From an uncultured Acidobacteriota bacterium (GTDB lineage: Bacteria; Acidobacteriota; UBA6911), in the NCBI GenBank assembly GCA_964481255.1, contig CAYZTZ010000001.1, positions 38,236-102,235 of the forward strand: a DNA stretch of 64,000 nucleotides, read 5' to 3'. The notes under the pieces were generated by a model that had not been told where the DNA came from, ran no database searches, and saw nothing but the letters and a program-made list of their open reading frames with translations. The translations under genes and the position numbers were made by a program. Below are positions 10,206 through 18,307 of the stretch, piece after piece (the stretch's first letter is position 1; every line of letters begins with the position of its first letter).

Positions 10206-10217
10206 GGGACGCGTCCC
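10206..10217. promoter_or_regulatory. perfect 12-bp palindrome GGGACGCGTCCC
   Basis: This was read directly from the sequence, in the same divergent region about 100 nt upstream of the 10314 start. Confidence 0.25.
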
Positions 10218-10313
10218 TTGGTATTCCGGGATGTCATCCGGACTTTAGGTTCCGCGCAGCGGCCAAAGAGACTGCAACTGGAAGGCCCGGAATCGGGAAA
10301 GGTTGTGAATCAT

Positions 10314-10703
10314 ATGCCGAAATATCCGACGAATTGGGTGGACTACCGGCTGCCTGCAGGGCAGGAATTTGCGGTCGCGGTCTGTGGTTACACCGGGAAA
10401 GTGCGCCACATGTACATCGGCAGCGACCCGCTGCGGCGCATGCTTGTGCAGCACGTCTTCGTGGAAAACGAATCCTGCCACACGGCTCAGCACTGCCTGG
10501 CTTTGGATTGTCCGCTCAACCGGGCCGGGCAGGAAAACCTTCTCCACATGCTGGACATGAACGAGGATGAGCCCCTCGATCCCGAAGCCGCGGAGCAATG
10601 GGGCACCGCAAGCACCCTGGACTGCCTGCTGAGGTTTGCCCACAAAATGAACGATCTCCTGCCCGAGGAGCTCCGAAAACCGCAGGCGCCCCTCGAGGAG
10701 TAG
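10314..10703 (+). CDS. hypothetical Cys-rich protein (129 aa)
   Basis: It starts MPKYPTNW, an internal Met of the 10218 ORF. It contains CHTAQHCLALDC and I recognise no family. Confidence 0.4.
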   Translation: MPKYPTNWVDYRLPAGQEFAVAVCGYTGKVRHMYIGSDPLRRMLVQHVFVENESCHTAQHCLALDCPLNRAGQENLLHMLDMNEDEPLDPEAAEQWGTASTLDCLLRFAHKMNDLLPEELRKPQAPLEE

Positions 10704-10735
10704 CCGGCGGAGCCCATGCCGGGCCGGTTCCGTTT

Positions 10736-11788
10736 TCATTCGCCGGAGGTGCGTCCGTTCCCCCGGCCGGGCGCCAGCGGTTTCTGGAAGCGGTTCACCG
10801 CCCGGACATGACTCCCGTAATTTGTCGAGAACTGGTGGGTCCCGTCGTTTCGAGATACGTAGTATAGATAATCGCTCTCGGCCGGATGCAATGCCGCGCG
10901 AATGGCCGCCGCCCCGGGGTTGGCTATCGGCCCCGGAGGCAGGCCTGCATGAAGATAGGAGTTATAAGGCGATTCCATCTTCAGATCGTCCTTCCCCAAT
11001 CGCCCCTGGTAGATGCCGGCGAGTTTCATGGCGTAAACAATCGTCGCGTCGCAGGCCAATGGCATATTCCTTTCCAGGCGGTTCACGAGGACCGACGCGA
11101 CCAGCGGGCCTTCCTCGGTTCTGCGGACCTCTTTTTCGATCATGGAGGCGAGTATGACGGTCTCGGGAACGCTCAACCCGTTGCGGCCGGGCGTCTCGGC
11201 CGCGATCGCGGCGAACTTCTTACGGAATTGATCGACCATCGTCCGCAGGATGGCCTCGGATTCAACTTTGCGCCCGAAACGATACGTTTCCGGGAAAAGG
11301 TACCCCTCCAGGTTTCCGGCCCCCGGGCTCAAGTCGCGGATCCATTCCGCATTCAGAAGGGCCCTTTCCATTTTCTCCAGGTTGCCGAGTCCCTCCCTGG
11401 CCAGCAACTGCACGGTCTCACGCGCCGTCAGCCCTTCGGGGACGGTGACGGAACGAAAATACACCTCGCCTCGAATCAGCTTCCGCGCCACCTGCCTCGG
11501 CGTCGAGGCTTCGGAGAACAAATACTCGCCCGCCTGGATGCGGCGGCCCAAGTTCATAAGACGGAGGTATAAAAGGAACGGCATCCGCCTGCGCAGGACG
11601 CCGGATCGCACAAGGGTATCCGCCGCGGCGCCGCCGCTGGCGCCCCGGGGTATGTCGACAAAGATCCCTCCCGGGGGACCCCCATAATAGGGACGTTCGA
11701 TTTCCGACCGCAGCCACGCTGCGGCGGCCGCGGCGACAAGAACCGCGAAAAGGATTAGGAATGCGGAAAGAAACAGAAAGCGCCTCAA
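10736..11788 (-). CDS. mltG: endolytic murein transglycosylase MltG (YceG family)
   Basis: It has an N-terminal TM helix and a YceG domain (GEYLFSEASTPRQVARKL ... YNSYLHAGLPPGPIANPG). It is coupled to ruvX upstream, the conserved ruvX-mltG pair. Confidence 0.85.
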   Translation of the reverse strand: MRRFLFLSAFLILFAVLVAAAAAAWLRSEIERPYYGGPPGGIFVDIPRGASGGAAADTLVRSGVLRRRMPFLLYLRLMNLGRRIQAGEYLFSEASTPRQVARKLIRGEVYFRSVTVPEGLTARETVQLLAREGLGNLEKMERALLNAEWIRDLSPGAGNLEGYLFPETYRFGRKVESEAILRTMVDQFRKKFAAIAAETPGRNGLSVPETVILASMIEKEVRRTEEGPLVASVLVNRLERNMPLACDATIVYAMKLAGIYQGRLGKDDLKMESPYNSYLHAGLPPGPIANPGAAAIRAALHPAESDYLYYVSRNDGTHQFSTNYGSHVRAVNRFQKPLAPGRGNGRTSGE

Positions 11789-12210
11789 GCCGACTCCCCC
11801 TTCAGGTACCTCTCGAGAATGAGAGCCGCGGCCAGCGAATCGGCCGTCCGATACCTCTTCTGCTTTCTGGGGCTCATGGTCCGCCAGTATTCCATGGCCT
11901 CCTGCGTCGAAAGCCTCTCGTCCACCCCGATCAGCGGTATTCGGAGATAGGATTCGAGGTCTCCCATGAGCCGTTGCATCCGGCGCATGGAATCACCGCT
12001 GGAACCGTCCATATTCCAAGGAATCCCGAGGACGAGTTTCCGAATGTCCAGGGCTTCGACCATGGCCTGCAATCTCTTGAAAAAGTTACGGCGTCCCAGG
12101 TTTGGAATCGAAGGCAGGGGGCGAACCGTCAAACCGAGCTCATCGCTGCAGGCAAGCCCGATGTTCTTTTCGCCGTAGTCTACGGCCAGAACTCTGCCGT
12201 TATATTCCAT
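11785..12210 (-). CDS. ruvX: Holliday junction resolvase-like protein RuvX (YqgF)
   Basis: The sequence is VLAVDYGEKNIGLACSDELG...LVLGIPWNMDGS. The start is chosen at MEYNGRV; the upstream part of the 11785..12357 ORF is a GC-rich extension. Confidence 0.8.
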   Translation of the reverse strand: MEYNGRVLAVDYGEKNIGLACSDELGLTVRPLPSIPNLGRRNFFKRLQAMVEALDIRKLVLGIPWNMDGSSGDSMRRMQRLMGDLESYLRIPLIGVDERLSTQEAMEYWRTMSPRKQKRYRTADSLAAALILERYLKGESA

Positions 12211-12416
12211 GGAATTATTGGAGCACAGGGACATCCGGCCGTCAACCGGATGGGCGCCGCCGAGCGCCCCGCCATGCATCGGAGGTTCTGGAGTTGCGCC
12301 GCGACGCCGCCCGCGTCGATGCGGAGCGCCTTCGGGCGCTTCCCGGGGCCGCCGCATCGCCCAACGGGAAATCTCAATTGAAAGGATAGAGCGGATGCTA
12401 TATTATAAAAAAGTTT

Positions 12417-13700
12417 ATGTCCATGCCCGGCCGGGGAGGTGCGATGTTCCATAAGGGCAAGCTGCTGGCTTTTCTGTTTTCCTTTTTGATTGTGCTGTAT
12501 GCGGTTTCGACAGTTTTTTACGGCAGGGTCGTCGCCAGGGATGAGGCCTACAAGGAGCTTTCCATCTTCATGGAGGTCCTGAAAAAAATCAACGACGACT
12601 ACGTGGAGCCCCCCGACATGAACGTGGTTCAGGAAGGAGCCATGCGGGGACTGATCGGGGCCCTGGACGGCCAGAGCAGCTTCCTCACCCGCGAGCAGTA
12701 CGAAGCTGTTGAGAAAAGGAAGGGCAACGGAGGCGCGGGACTGGGAATCGTGCTTTCAAAGAGGGCGGACGTGATTTATGTCGTCTCGGTCGAGGACAAC
12801 AGCCCGGCCGCTGAGGCCGGAGTCCGGCCCGGCGATTATCTGATCGCCGTGGACGGCCGCAGCGTCGAGGACAAGAGCGTTCTGGAGGCGGACAGTCTCC
12901 TGCACGGTGCTCCGGGAACACCGGTCAAGGTGACTGTATTCCGGAGTTCGAGGACCAAGCCGCTGGAACTCTCCATGTCTTTCCGTCACCGGTCCTCGCC
13001 GGCCGTACATTCCAAAATGGTGGAAGGTCAAGTGGGCGTGCTGGACGTGGCCTCTCTCTCGGGCGACGCCCCGGAGCAGGTCCGGATCAAACTCAAAACC
13101 CTCATTTCCGCCGGAGCGGAAAGGATCCTCCTGGACCTGCGTAACTGCGCGGACGGGAGTCCCTCGGCCGGAGCGGAACTGGCCAACTATTTCCTGAATG
13201 ACGGGATCATCTACTACGCCCAGAACCGCCAAGGCGAAAGAGTCGAGGTCTTTGAAGCGATCCCGGAAAAGCATATCACCGATCTGCCCATGGCGGTGCT
13301 TATCAACGGATCCACGGCGGGAGCCGCCGAGATCACAGCCGGGGCCCTGAAGGACAGGAAGCGGGCGACCGTTGTCGGCGAGAAATCCTTCGGAGTCGGG
13401 GCGGCTCAGAGGACCATCCAATTGAAAAGCGGCGCGGTGCTCCTCCTGTCCACGGCAAAGTATTGCACTCCGGGGGGGAAAGTGATCCAGGACTCTGTCC
13501 TGAGGAAAACGGGCATTTCGCCCGACATCCAGGTCCCGGACGACGATAAGAGACAGGAGCTGGCTGTGGAATCCTATTACGACGAGCAGGATGACGAGGA
13601 GAAATACAGGCAGTTTCTGGAAAAGATCGACAGCATCCAGACCGGCAAGGCGCTGGAAATCCTGCTCGGGGCGGAGGCGCCGCTGAAAAAGGCAGCCTAG
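12417..13700 (+). CDS. S41 family C-terminal processing peptidase homolog (CtpA-like), membrane anchored; catalytic Lys apparently absent
   Basis: It has an N-terminal TM helix, a PDZ region (GLGIVLSKRADVIYVVSVEDNSPAAEAGVRPGDYLIAVDG) and an S41 core (LINGSTAGAAEITAGAL ... GEKSFGVGAAQ). The usual FGKG lysine is replaced by Val. Confidence 0.75.
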   Translation: MSMPGRGGAMFHKGKLLAFLFSFLIVLYAVSTVFYGRVVARDEAYKELSIFMEVLKKINDDYVEPPDMNVVQEGAMRGLIGALDGQSSFLTREQYEAVEKRKGNGGAGLGIVLSKRADVIYVVSVEDNSPAAEAGVRPGDYLIAVDGRSVEDKSVLEADSLLHGAPGTPVKVTVFRSSRTKPLELSMSFRHRSSPAVHSKMVEGQVGVLDVASLSGDAPEQVRIKLKTLISAGAERILLDLRNCADGSPSAGAELANYFLNDGIIYYAQNRQGERVEVFEAIPEKHITDLPMAVLINGSTAGAAEITAGALKDRKRATVVGEKSFGVGAAQRTIQLKSGAVLLLSTAKYCTPGGKVIQDSVLRKTGISPDIQVPDDDKRQELAVESYYDEQDDEEKYRQFLEKIDSIQTGKALEILLGAEAPLKKAA

Positions 13701-13758
13701 CAGCAATTGATTATTGACACTGTTTCCGGCTTTCTGGTAGTTTAAGTCCTTATTTTTT

Positions 13759-13833
13759 AGGCGCGTAGCTCAGGGGGAGAGCACTTCCTTGACGCGGAAG
13801 GGGTCAGCGGTTCAAATCCGCTCGCGCCTACCA
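13759..13833 (+). tRNA. tRNA-Val (anticodon GAC)
   Basis: I folded it manually. The acceptor stem AGGCGCG pairs with CGCGCCT, the D-stem GCTC with GAGC, the anticodon stem CTTCC with GGAAG around loop TTGACGC, and the T-stem AGCGG with CCGCT around loop TTCAAAT. The discriminator is A and a CCA end is encoded. Confidence 0.85.
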
Positions 13834-14084
13834 TAAAACCGGTCGCGATCCCTTGGCGTGAATTTCGGAGAGGCCAAACTCCCGGAGCGGACGCCGGGCG
13901 AGCCGGCGGGGAAATCCGGAACCAGGCGTCTTCGAATCACGAGTCCCTCCGCGGATGAATGAATCGAATGACTGTTGCCCATCGAGTCCGAGTCGCTTTT
14001 CCCGCCCGCTTTTTCGATTAATGACCAGGAAAGACGCCGTTATTGTGCTCTCGTTCCAAAGGGGCGCGGGGTTATTTATAGATT

Positions 14085-15881
14085 ATGCCTTTAAGAATAA
14101 GATATGCGGACGGATCGGACGGCGAGCCGGCCGACCCGGCTTCGGCTCTTGAGATCTATCGCCACAGTGTTTCGCACCTCATGGCCGCCGCCGTGACGAG
14201 CCTGTATCCGGACACCCGTCTTGGAATCGGCCCCGCCATCAGTGACGGTTTCTATTATGATTTCGAGCGCCCCGAAGGCTTCGTCGAAGAGGACCTTGGG
14301 AAAATCGAAGAGAAGATGCGTGAACTGGCCGCCCGGAACCTGAAATACGAACCATCCATCCTGTCCAGGGAGGAGGCCCTCGATTTCTTCAGGAAGCGGG
14401 GGGAGCATTTGAAAGTGGATCTGATTGAGGAGAAGGCGGGCGAGAAGCTCTCCTGTTACCGGCTGGGAAACCTGGTCGATTTCTGCACGGGACCGCACCT
14501 CGATTCCACCGGCGAAATCGACCCGCACAGCTTCCGCCTTCTCAGCATCGCGGGTTCCTACTGGCGGGGCGATGAGCACAACCAGCAGCTGCAGCGTATC
14601 TACGGAACGGCTTTCCTGACCCCCGAGGCTCTGGAGGAGTACCTGAAGCAGCTCGAGGAAGCCAGGAAAAGGGATCATCGGAAACTGGGCCGCGAGCTGG
14701 ATCTGTTCAGCATCTCCGAGGAGGCGGGGCCCGGTCTTGTCTTCTGGCACCCGAAGGGGACGCGCATACGTCTGATCATCGAGGACTTCCTGCGCGCCGA
14801 GCTTTTCCGGCGCGGGTATGAGTTCGTCACGACGCCGCATGTGGCCCGGGATATTCTGTGGAAGACGTCCGGGCACTACGAGTATTACCGGCAGAACATG
14901 TACACGTTCCGGATCGATGACGATGAATTCGTCATCAAGCCGATGAACTGCCCGGAACATATCCAGATCTTCAAGACCCGGATGCGAAGCTATCGGGATC
15001 TGCCGGTCCGCTACGCGGAATTCGGCACGGTCTATCGCTATGAAAAGAGCGGCGTGCTGCACGGCATGCTCCGGGTCCGCGGCTTCACTCAGGACGACGC
15101 TCACATCTTCTGCACGCGCGAGCAGGTCTACGGCGAGATTTCGGATTTGATGGAACTGGTTTTGTTTATAATGAAAAGCTTCGGTTTCGATCAGTACAGG
15201 GTCGAACTCTCGGTTCGGGACGAATCCAGAAAGGAGGAATACGCCGGTACCGAAGAAGACTGGCGGATGGCGGAAGAGGCTCTGGTGCAGGCCCTGCGTT
15301 CCAGGGGCATCGGCTGGACGCGCATGGAGGGAGAGGCAGTCTTTTACGGGCCGAAGATCGACGTCAAGCTGATCGACGCCATCGGCCGCCCCTGGCAGCT
15401 GTCGACCGTCCAGTTCGATTTCACCCTCCCGAAGCGGTTCGACCTGTCGTACGTGGGGGCCGACGGCCGGCCCCATCAGCCCGTCATGCTGCACCGGGCT
15501 CTGCTGGGTTCGGTGGAGCGCTTTCTGGGTGTGCTTATCGAGCACTACGCGGGCGCGTTCCCGATTTGGCTGGCTCCGGTTCAGGTTCTGGTCCTGCCCA
15601 TATCGGAGCGGCATCAGGAATACGCCCGGCAGGTGGTTCGCCGGCTGACGGATGCAGGATTGAGGGCGGAGCTGGACGACAGAAACGAAAAGATAGGGTA
15701 TAAGATCCGCGAGGCGCAGACCCAAAAGGTCCCCTACATGCTCGTCGTCGGGGACAAGGAATCGCAAGCCGGCACCGTTGCGGTGCGCAACCGCTTTCTC
15801 GGCGACGAGGGCGCCGAGCCTCTGGAGAGGTTTTTGGAAAGAATCGGGGTATTGGTCCAGACCCGGGCGGTCCGGCCGTAG
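14085..15881 (+). CDS. thrS: threonine--tRNA ligase (N-terminal TGS domain largely absent)
   Basis: It has class II aaRS motifs, an N2 editing domain (HSVSHLMAA) and an anticodon-binding domain. A stop codon sits immediately upstream in frame, so the protein is 598 aa. Confidence 0.9.
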   Translation: MPLRIRYADGSDGEPADPASALEIYRHSVSHLMAAAVTSLYPDTRLGIGPAISDGFYYDFERPEGFVEEDLGKIEEKMRELAARNLKYEPSILSREEALDFFRKRGEHLKVDLIEEKAGEKLSCYRLGNLVDFCTGPHLDSTGEIDPHSFRLLSIAGSYWRGDEHNQQLQRIYGTAFLTPEALEEYLKQLEEARKRDHRKLGRELDLFSISEEAGPGLVFWHPKGTRIRLIIEDFLRAELFRRGYEFVTTPHVARDILWKTSGHYEYYRQNMYTFRIDDDEFVIKPMNCPEHIQIFKTRMRSYRDLPVRYAEFGTVYRYEKSGVLHGMLRVRGFTQDDAHIFCTREQVYGEISDLMELVLFIMKSFGFDQYRVELSVRDESRKEEYAGTEEDWRMAEEALVQALRSRGIGWTRMEGEAVFYGPKIDVKLIDAIGRPWQLSTVQFDFTLPKRFDLSYVGADGRPHQPVMLHRALLGSVERFLGVLIEHYAGAFPIWLAPVQVLVLPISERHQEYARQVVRRLTDAGLRAELDDRNEKIGYKIREAQTQKVPYMLVVGDKESQAGTVAVRNRFLGDEGAEPLERFLERIGVLVQTRAVRP

Positions 15882-15918
15882 GGACGGGAGCCGCGTTCTC
15901 CCTTGAAGCAAAAGGAGG

Positions 15919-16449
15919 TTGCCCATCACAACAACCAAGCAAGTGCGGGTTCGAGTCAATGAAATGATCCGAGCCAAGGAAATCCGGGTGATCGACGAAG
16001 ATGCGGGGCAACTGGGCATCATGACCCCGGAAGAGGCTCTCGCCCTCGCACGGGCGCGCGATCTGGACCTGGTGGAGGTGGCTCCCGGCGCCACCCCGCC
16101 CGTCTGCCGGATCATGAACTACGGCAAGTTTCAGTATCAAAAAAGCAAGCGGGCCCATGAGGCGAAGAAACACCAGAAGCAGGTCGTCATCAAAGAGATC
16201 AAGTTCCGGCCGAAGACGGAGGAGCACGATTTCCAGTTTAAGAAAAACAACATCGTGCGTTTTCTGACGGAAGGCAACAAGGCCAAGGCGAGCGTCGTTT
16301 TCCGGGGCAGGGAGATGACGCATCAGGAGTTGGGGCGCAAACTGATGGACAGGCTGATTGAGGAGTTGAAGGAAGTCGGAGAGCTTGAACGCCCGCCCAA
16401 AATGGAAGGATACGCCCTGGTCGGCATTTTCCTTCCCAAGAAGCGCTAG
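15919..16449 (+). CDS. infC: translation initiation factor IF-3; probable non-AUG start (AUC at 15925 or UUG at 15919)
   Basis: The sequence aligns with IF-3 throughout ([13 protein letters not shown]...[12 protein letters not shown]). The SD AAAGGAGG at 15911-15918 places the start 6 nt downstream at AUC. No AUG is available. Confidence 0.85.
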   Translation: MPITTTKQVRVRVNEMIRAKEIRVIDEDAGQLGIMTPEEALALARARDLDLVEVAPGATPPVCRIMNYGKFQYQKSKRAHEAKKHQKQVVIKEIKFRPKTEEHDFQFKKNNIVRFLTEGNKAKASVVFRGREMTHQELGRKLMDRLIEELKEVGELERPPKMEGYALVGIFLPKKR

Positions 16450-16517
16450 GCGGCTTGTCCCGCATCGCCCAAGGGACGCCGTCGGCCCATCCATCATCCG
16501 GATCGAGGAGGGAGCCT

Positions 16518-16709
16518 GTGAAACGAAAAACAGTCAAGGGCGCAGCCAAGAGGTTTAAGGTGACAGGGACGGGCAAGATCATGCGCCGACACAGCCATGC
16601 CCGTCATATTCTGACCAAAAAGCCGCGCAAGCGCATGAGGAAGCTCACGGGCAGCGCCCCGGTGAGCAAGGCGGATCGCGGGCGCGTCAAGAAAATGCTG
16701 AACATCTGA
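16518..16709 (+). CDS. rpmI: 50S ribosomal protein L35
   Basis: The start is GTG, following the SD GAGGAGGGA. The sequence is [35 protein letters not shown]. The track start at 16455 is an upstream extension. Confidence 0.85.
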   Translation: MKRKTVKGAAKRFKVTGTGKIMRRHSHARHILTKKPRKRMRKLTGSAPVSKADRGRVKKMLNI

Positions 16710-16736
16710 TCGGGAGACGTAAGCGGGAGTTAAGAG

Positions 16737-17099
16737 ATGCCAAGAGTCAAAAGAGGCAACAAGCGTGTCCAGCGGCGGAAGAAAATTCTCAAGCTGGCGA
16801 AAGGTTACAGGCTGACCAAGAGCAAACTGCACCGGTCGGCGAAGGAGTCCGTCGATCGGGCGCTCCGTTTCGCCTATCGCGACCGCCGCGCCAAGAAGAG
16901 GGATTTCCGGAGCCTGTTTATCCTGCGGGTCGGCGCGGCCGCCCGGAAGAACGATATTTCCTACAGCCGGTTCATAAGCGGTCTGAAAAAGGCCGGAATC
17001 GAGCTGGACCGCCGGGTTCTCGCCGAGATCGCCGTCCATGATCCCGAGACCTTTACCCGGCTGACCGAAAGCGCCAAAGCGGCGCTGGCGGCCGCCTGA
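16737..17099 (+). CDS. rplT: 50S ribosomal protein L20
   Basis: The sequence [24 protein letters not shown] is the canonical L20 N-terminus. Confidence 0.95.
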   Translation: MPRVKRGNKRVQRRKKILKLAKGYRLTKSKLHRSAKESVDRALRFAYRDRRAKKRDFRSLFILRVGAAARKNDISYSRFISGLKKAGIELDRRVLAEIAVHDPETFTRLTESAKAALAAA

Positions 17100-17131
17100 G
17101 AACAACCGTCTTTCAGAACCGATACGAGAGC

Positions 17132-17165
17132 GCCCGGGGGACCTGCCACGCCGGGCTTTTCTTTT
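17132..17165 (+). terminator. rho-independent terminator/attenuator after rplT
   Basis: The stem GCCCGG pairs with CCGGGC around a 13-nt loop, followed by TTTTCTTTT. It lies in the rplT-pheS spacer, where a pheST attenuator is known in enterics. Confidence 0.5.
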
Positions 17166-17236
17166 ATGGGACTCCCCCTGGAGTTTTTCCCCCGCTGCGG
17201 CGGGGTCGCGAAAACCTTCGGCAGGCAGAGGTGATC

Positions 17237-18253
17237 ATGAAGGACATCATCGACTCATTGCGGCGGCAGTTTGAAGAGGACCTCGCCGCCGTCAGCGACA
17301 TGGAGACCTGGAAGGCCGTCAGGGACAAATACATCGCGCGCGACAGCGGTCTGATCACGACCCGCCTCAAAAAGATCCGGGATCTTCCCAAGGAACAGCG
17401 CCCCGCCTTCGGGCAGGCGATGAACCAGCTGCTCGCTTTCGCCGAGGAACGGCTGCAGGAGAAACAAGCGCAGGCGAAGGAGGCGCTCCTGTCCGCGCGC
17501 CGGCGCTCGCTGGATGTCACCCGGCCCGGCTTTCCTTACGCCCTGGGGACCGCCCATCCGATCAAACGTCTCCAGGCCGAGATCGAAGAGGTCTTCGTGA
17601 ATCTGGGCTTTCAGGTTCTGGATCTCCCGGAAATCGAGCGGGAATATTACAATTTTGAAGCCCTGAACATGCCCCGGAGCCATCCGGCGCGGGATTCGCA
17701 GGACACCTTTTACTTTGACGAAAACACGCTCCTTCGGACCCACTGCACCTCCGTGGACGTGCACGCCATGGAGACGATGAAGCCTCCGATCCGGGCCGTG
17801 ACAACGGGCAAGGTGTATCGAAGGGACCCTTTCGACGCCACCCATTCGCCGATGTTTTATCAGGTCGATGTCGTCGTGGTGGAGGAGGGCATCACCATGG
17901 GGCACATGAAGGGGATGCTGGAGGTCTTCCTCAAGCGGATCTTTCATCCGGACATCCGGATGCGCCTGAGGCCGGGCTTTTTCCCTTTCGTGGAGCCGGG
18001 CGCGGAGGTCGACATCAGCTGTATTTTCTGCGCCGGCAGAGGCTGCCCCACCTGCAAGCAGACCGGATGGATCGAAATCCTCGGCGCGGGGATGGTTCAT
18101 CCCAAGGTGCTCCGGATGTCGGGCGTGGACGACGCGCGCTATTCCGGCTTCGCCTGGGGCATGGGAATCGACCGCGTGGCGATTCTCAAGTATGGAGTCG
18201 ACGACATCCGGCTTTTCTTTGAAAACGACCTCAGGTTCTTGAAACAGTTTTAA
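17237..18253 (+). CDS. pheS: phenylalanine--tRNA ligase alpha subunit
   Basis: The ATG at 17237 lies 6 nt after the SD GGCAGAGG. The sequence carries class II motifs (FRPGFFPFVEPGAEVD, GWIEILGAGMVHP). Confidence 0.95.
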   Translation: MKDIIDSLRRQFEEDLAAVSDMETWKAVRDKYIARDSGLITTRLKKIRDLPKEQRPAFGQAMNQLLAFAEERLQEKQAQAKEALLSARRRSLDVTRPGFPYALGTAHPIKRLQAEIEEVFVNLGFQVLDLPEIEREYYNFEALNMPRSHPARDSQDTFYFDENTLLRTHCTSVDVHAMETMKPPIRAVTTGKVYRRDPFDATHSPMFYQVDVVVVEEGITMGHMKGMLEVFLKRIFHPDIRMRLRPGFFPFVEPGAEVDISCIFCAGRGCPTCKQTGWIEILGAGMVHPKVLRMSGVDDARYSGFAWGMGIDRVAILKYGVDDIRLFFENDLRFLKQF

Positions 18254-18307
18254 AGGAACCGGCGCGCAGGAACGTCGCGCGCCGATCCCGCGCAGGAGTT
18301 CCGGAAG

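Noticed and set aside
13834-14084. A T-box riboswitch upstream of thrS.
   Set aside because: No T-box consensus (AANNNGGGTGGNACCGCG) or specifier-loop architecture was found in the leader.
14091-16115. A 674 aa minus-strand ORF.
   Set aside because: It is antisense to thrS and infC and has R-rich junk composition, so it is a GC artefact.
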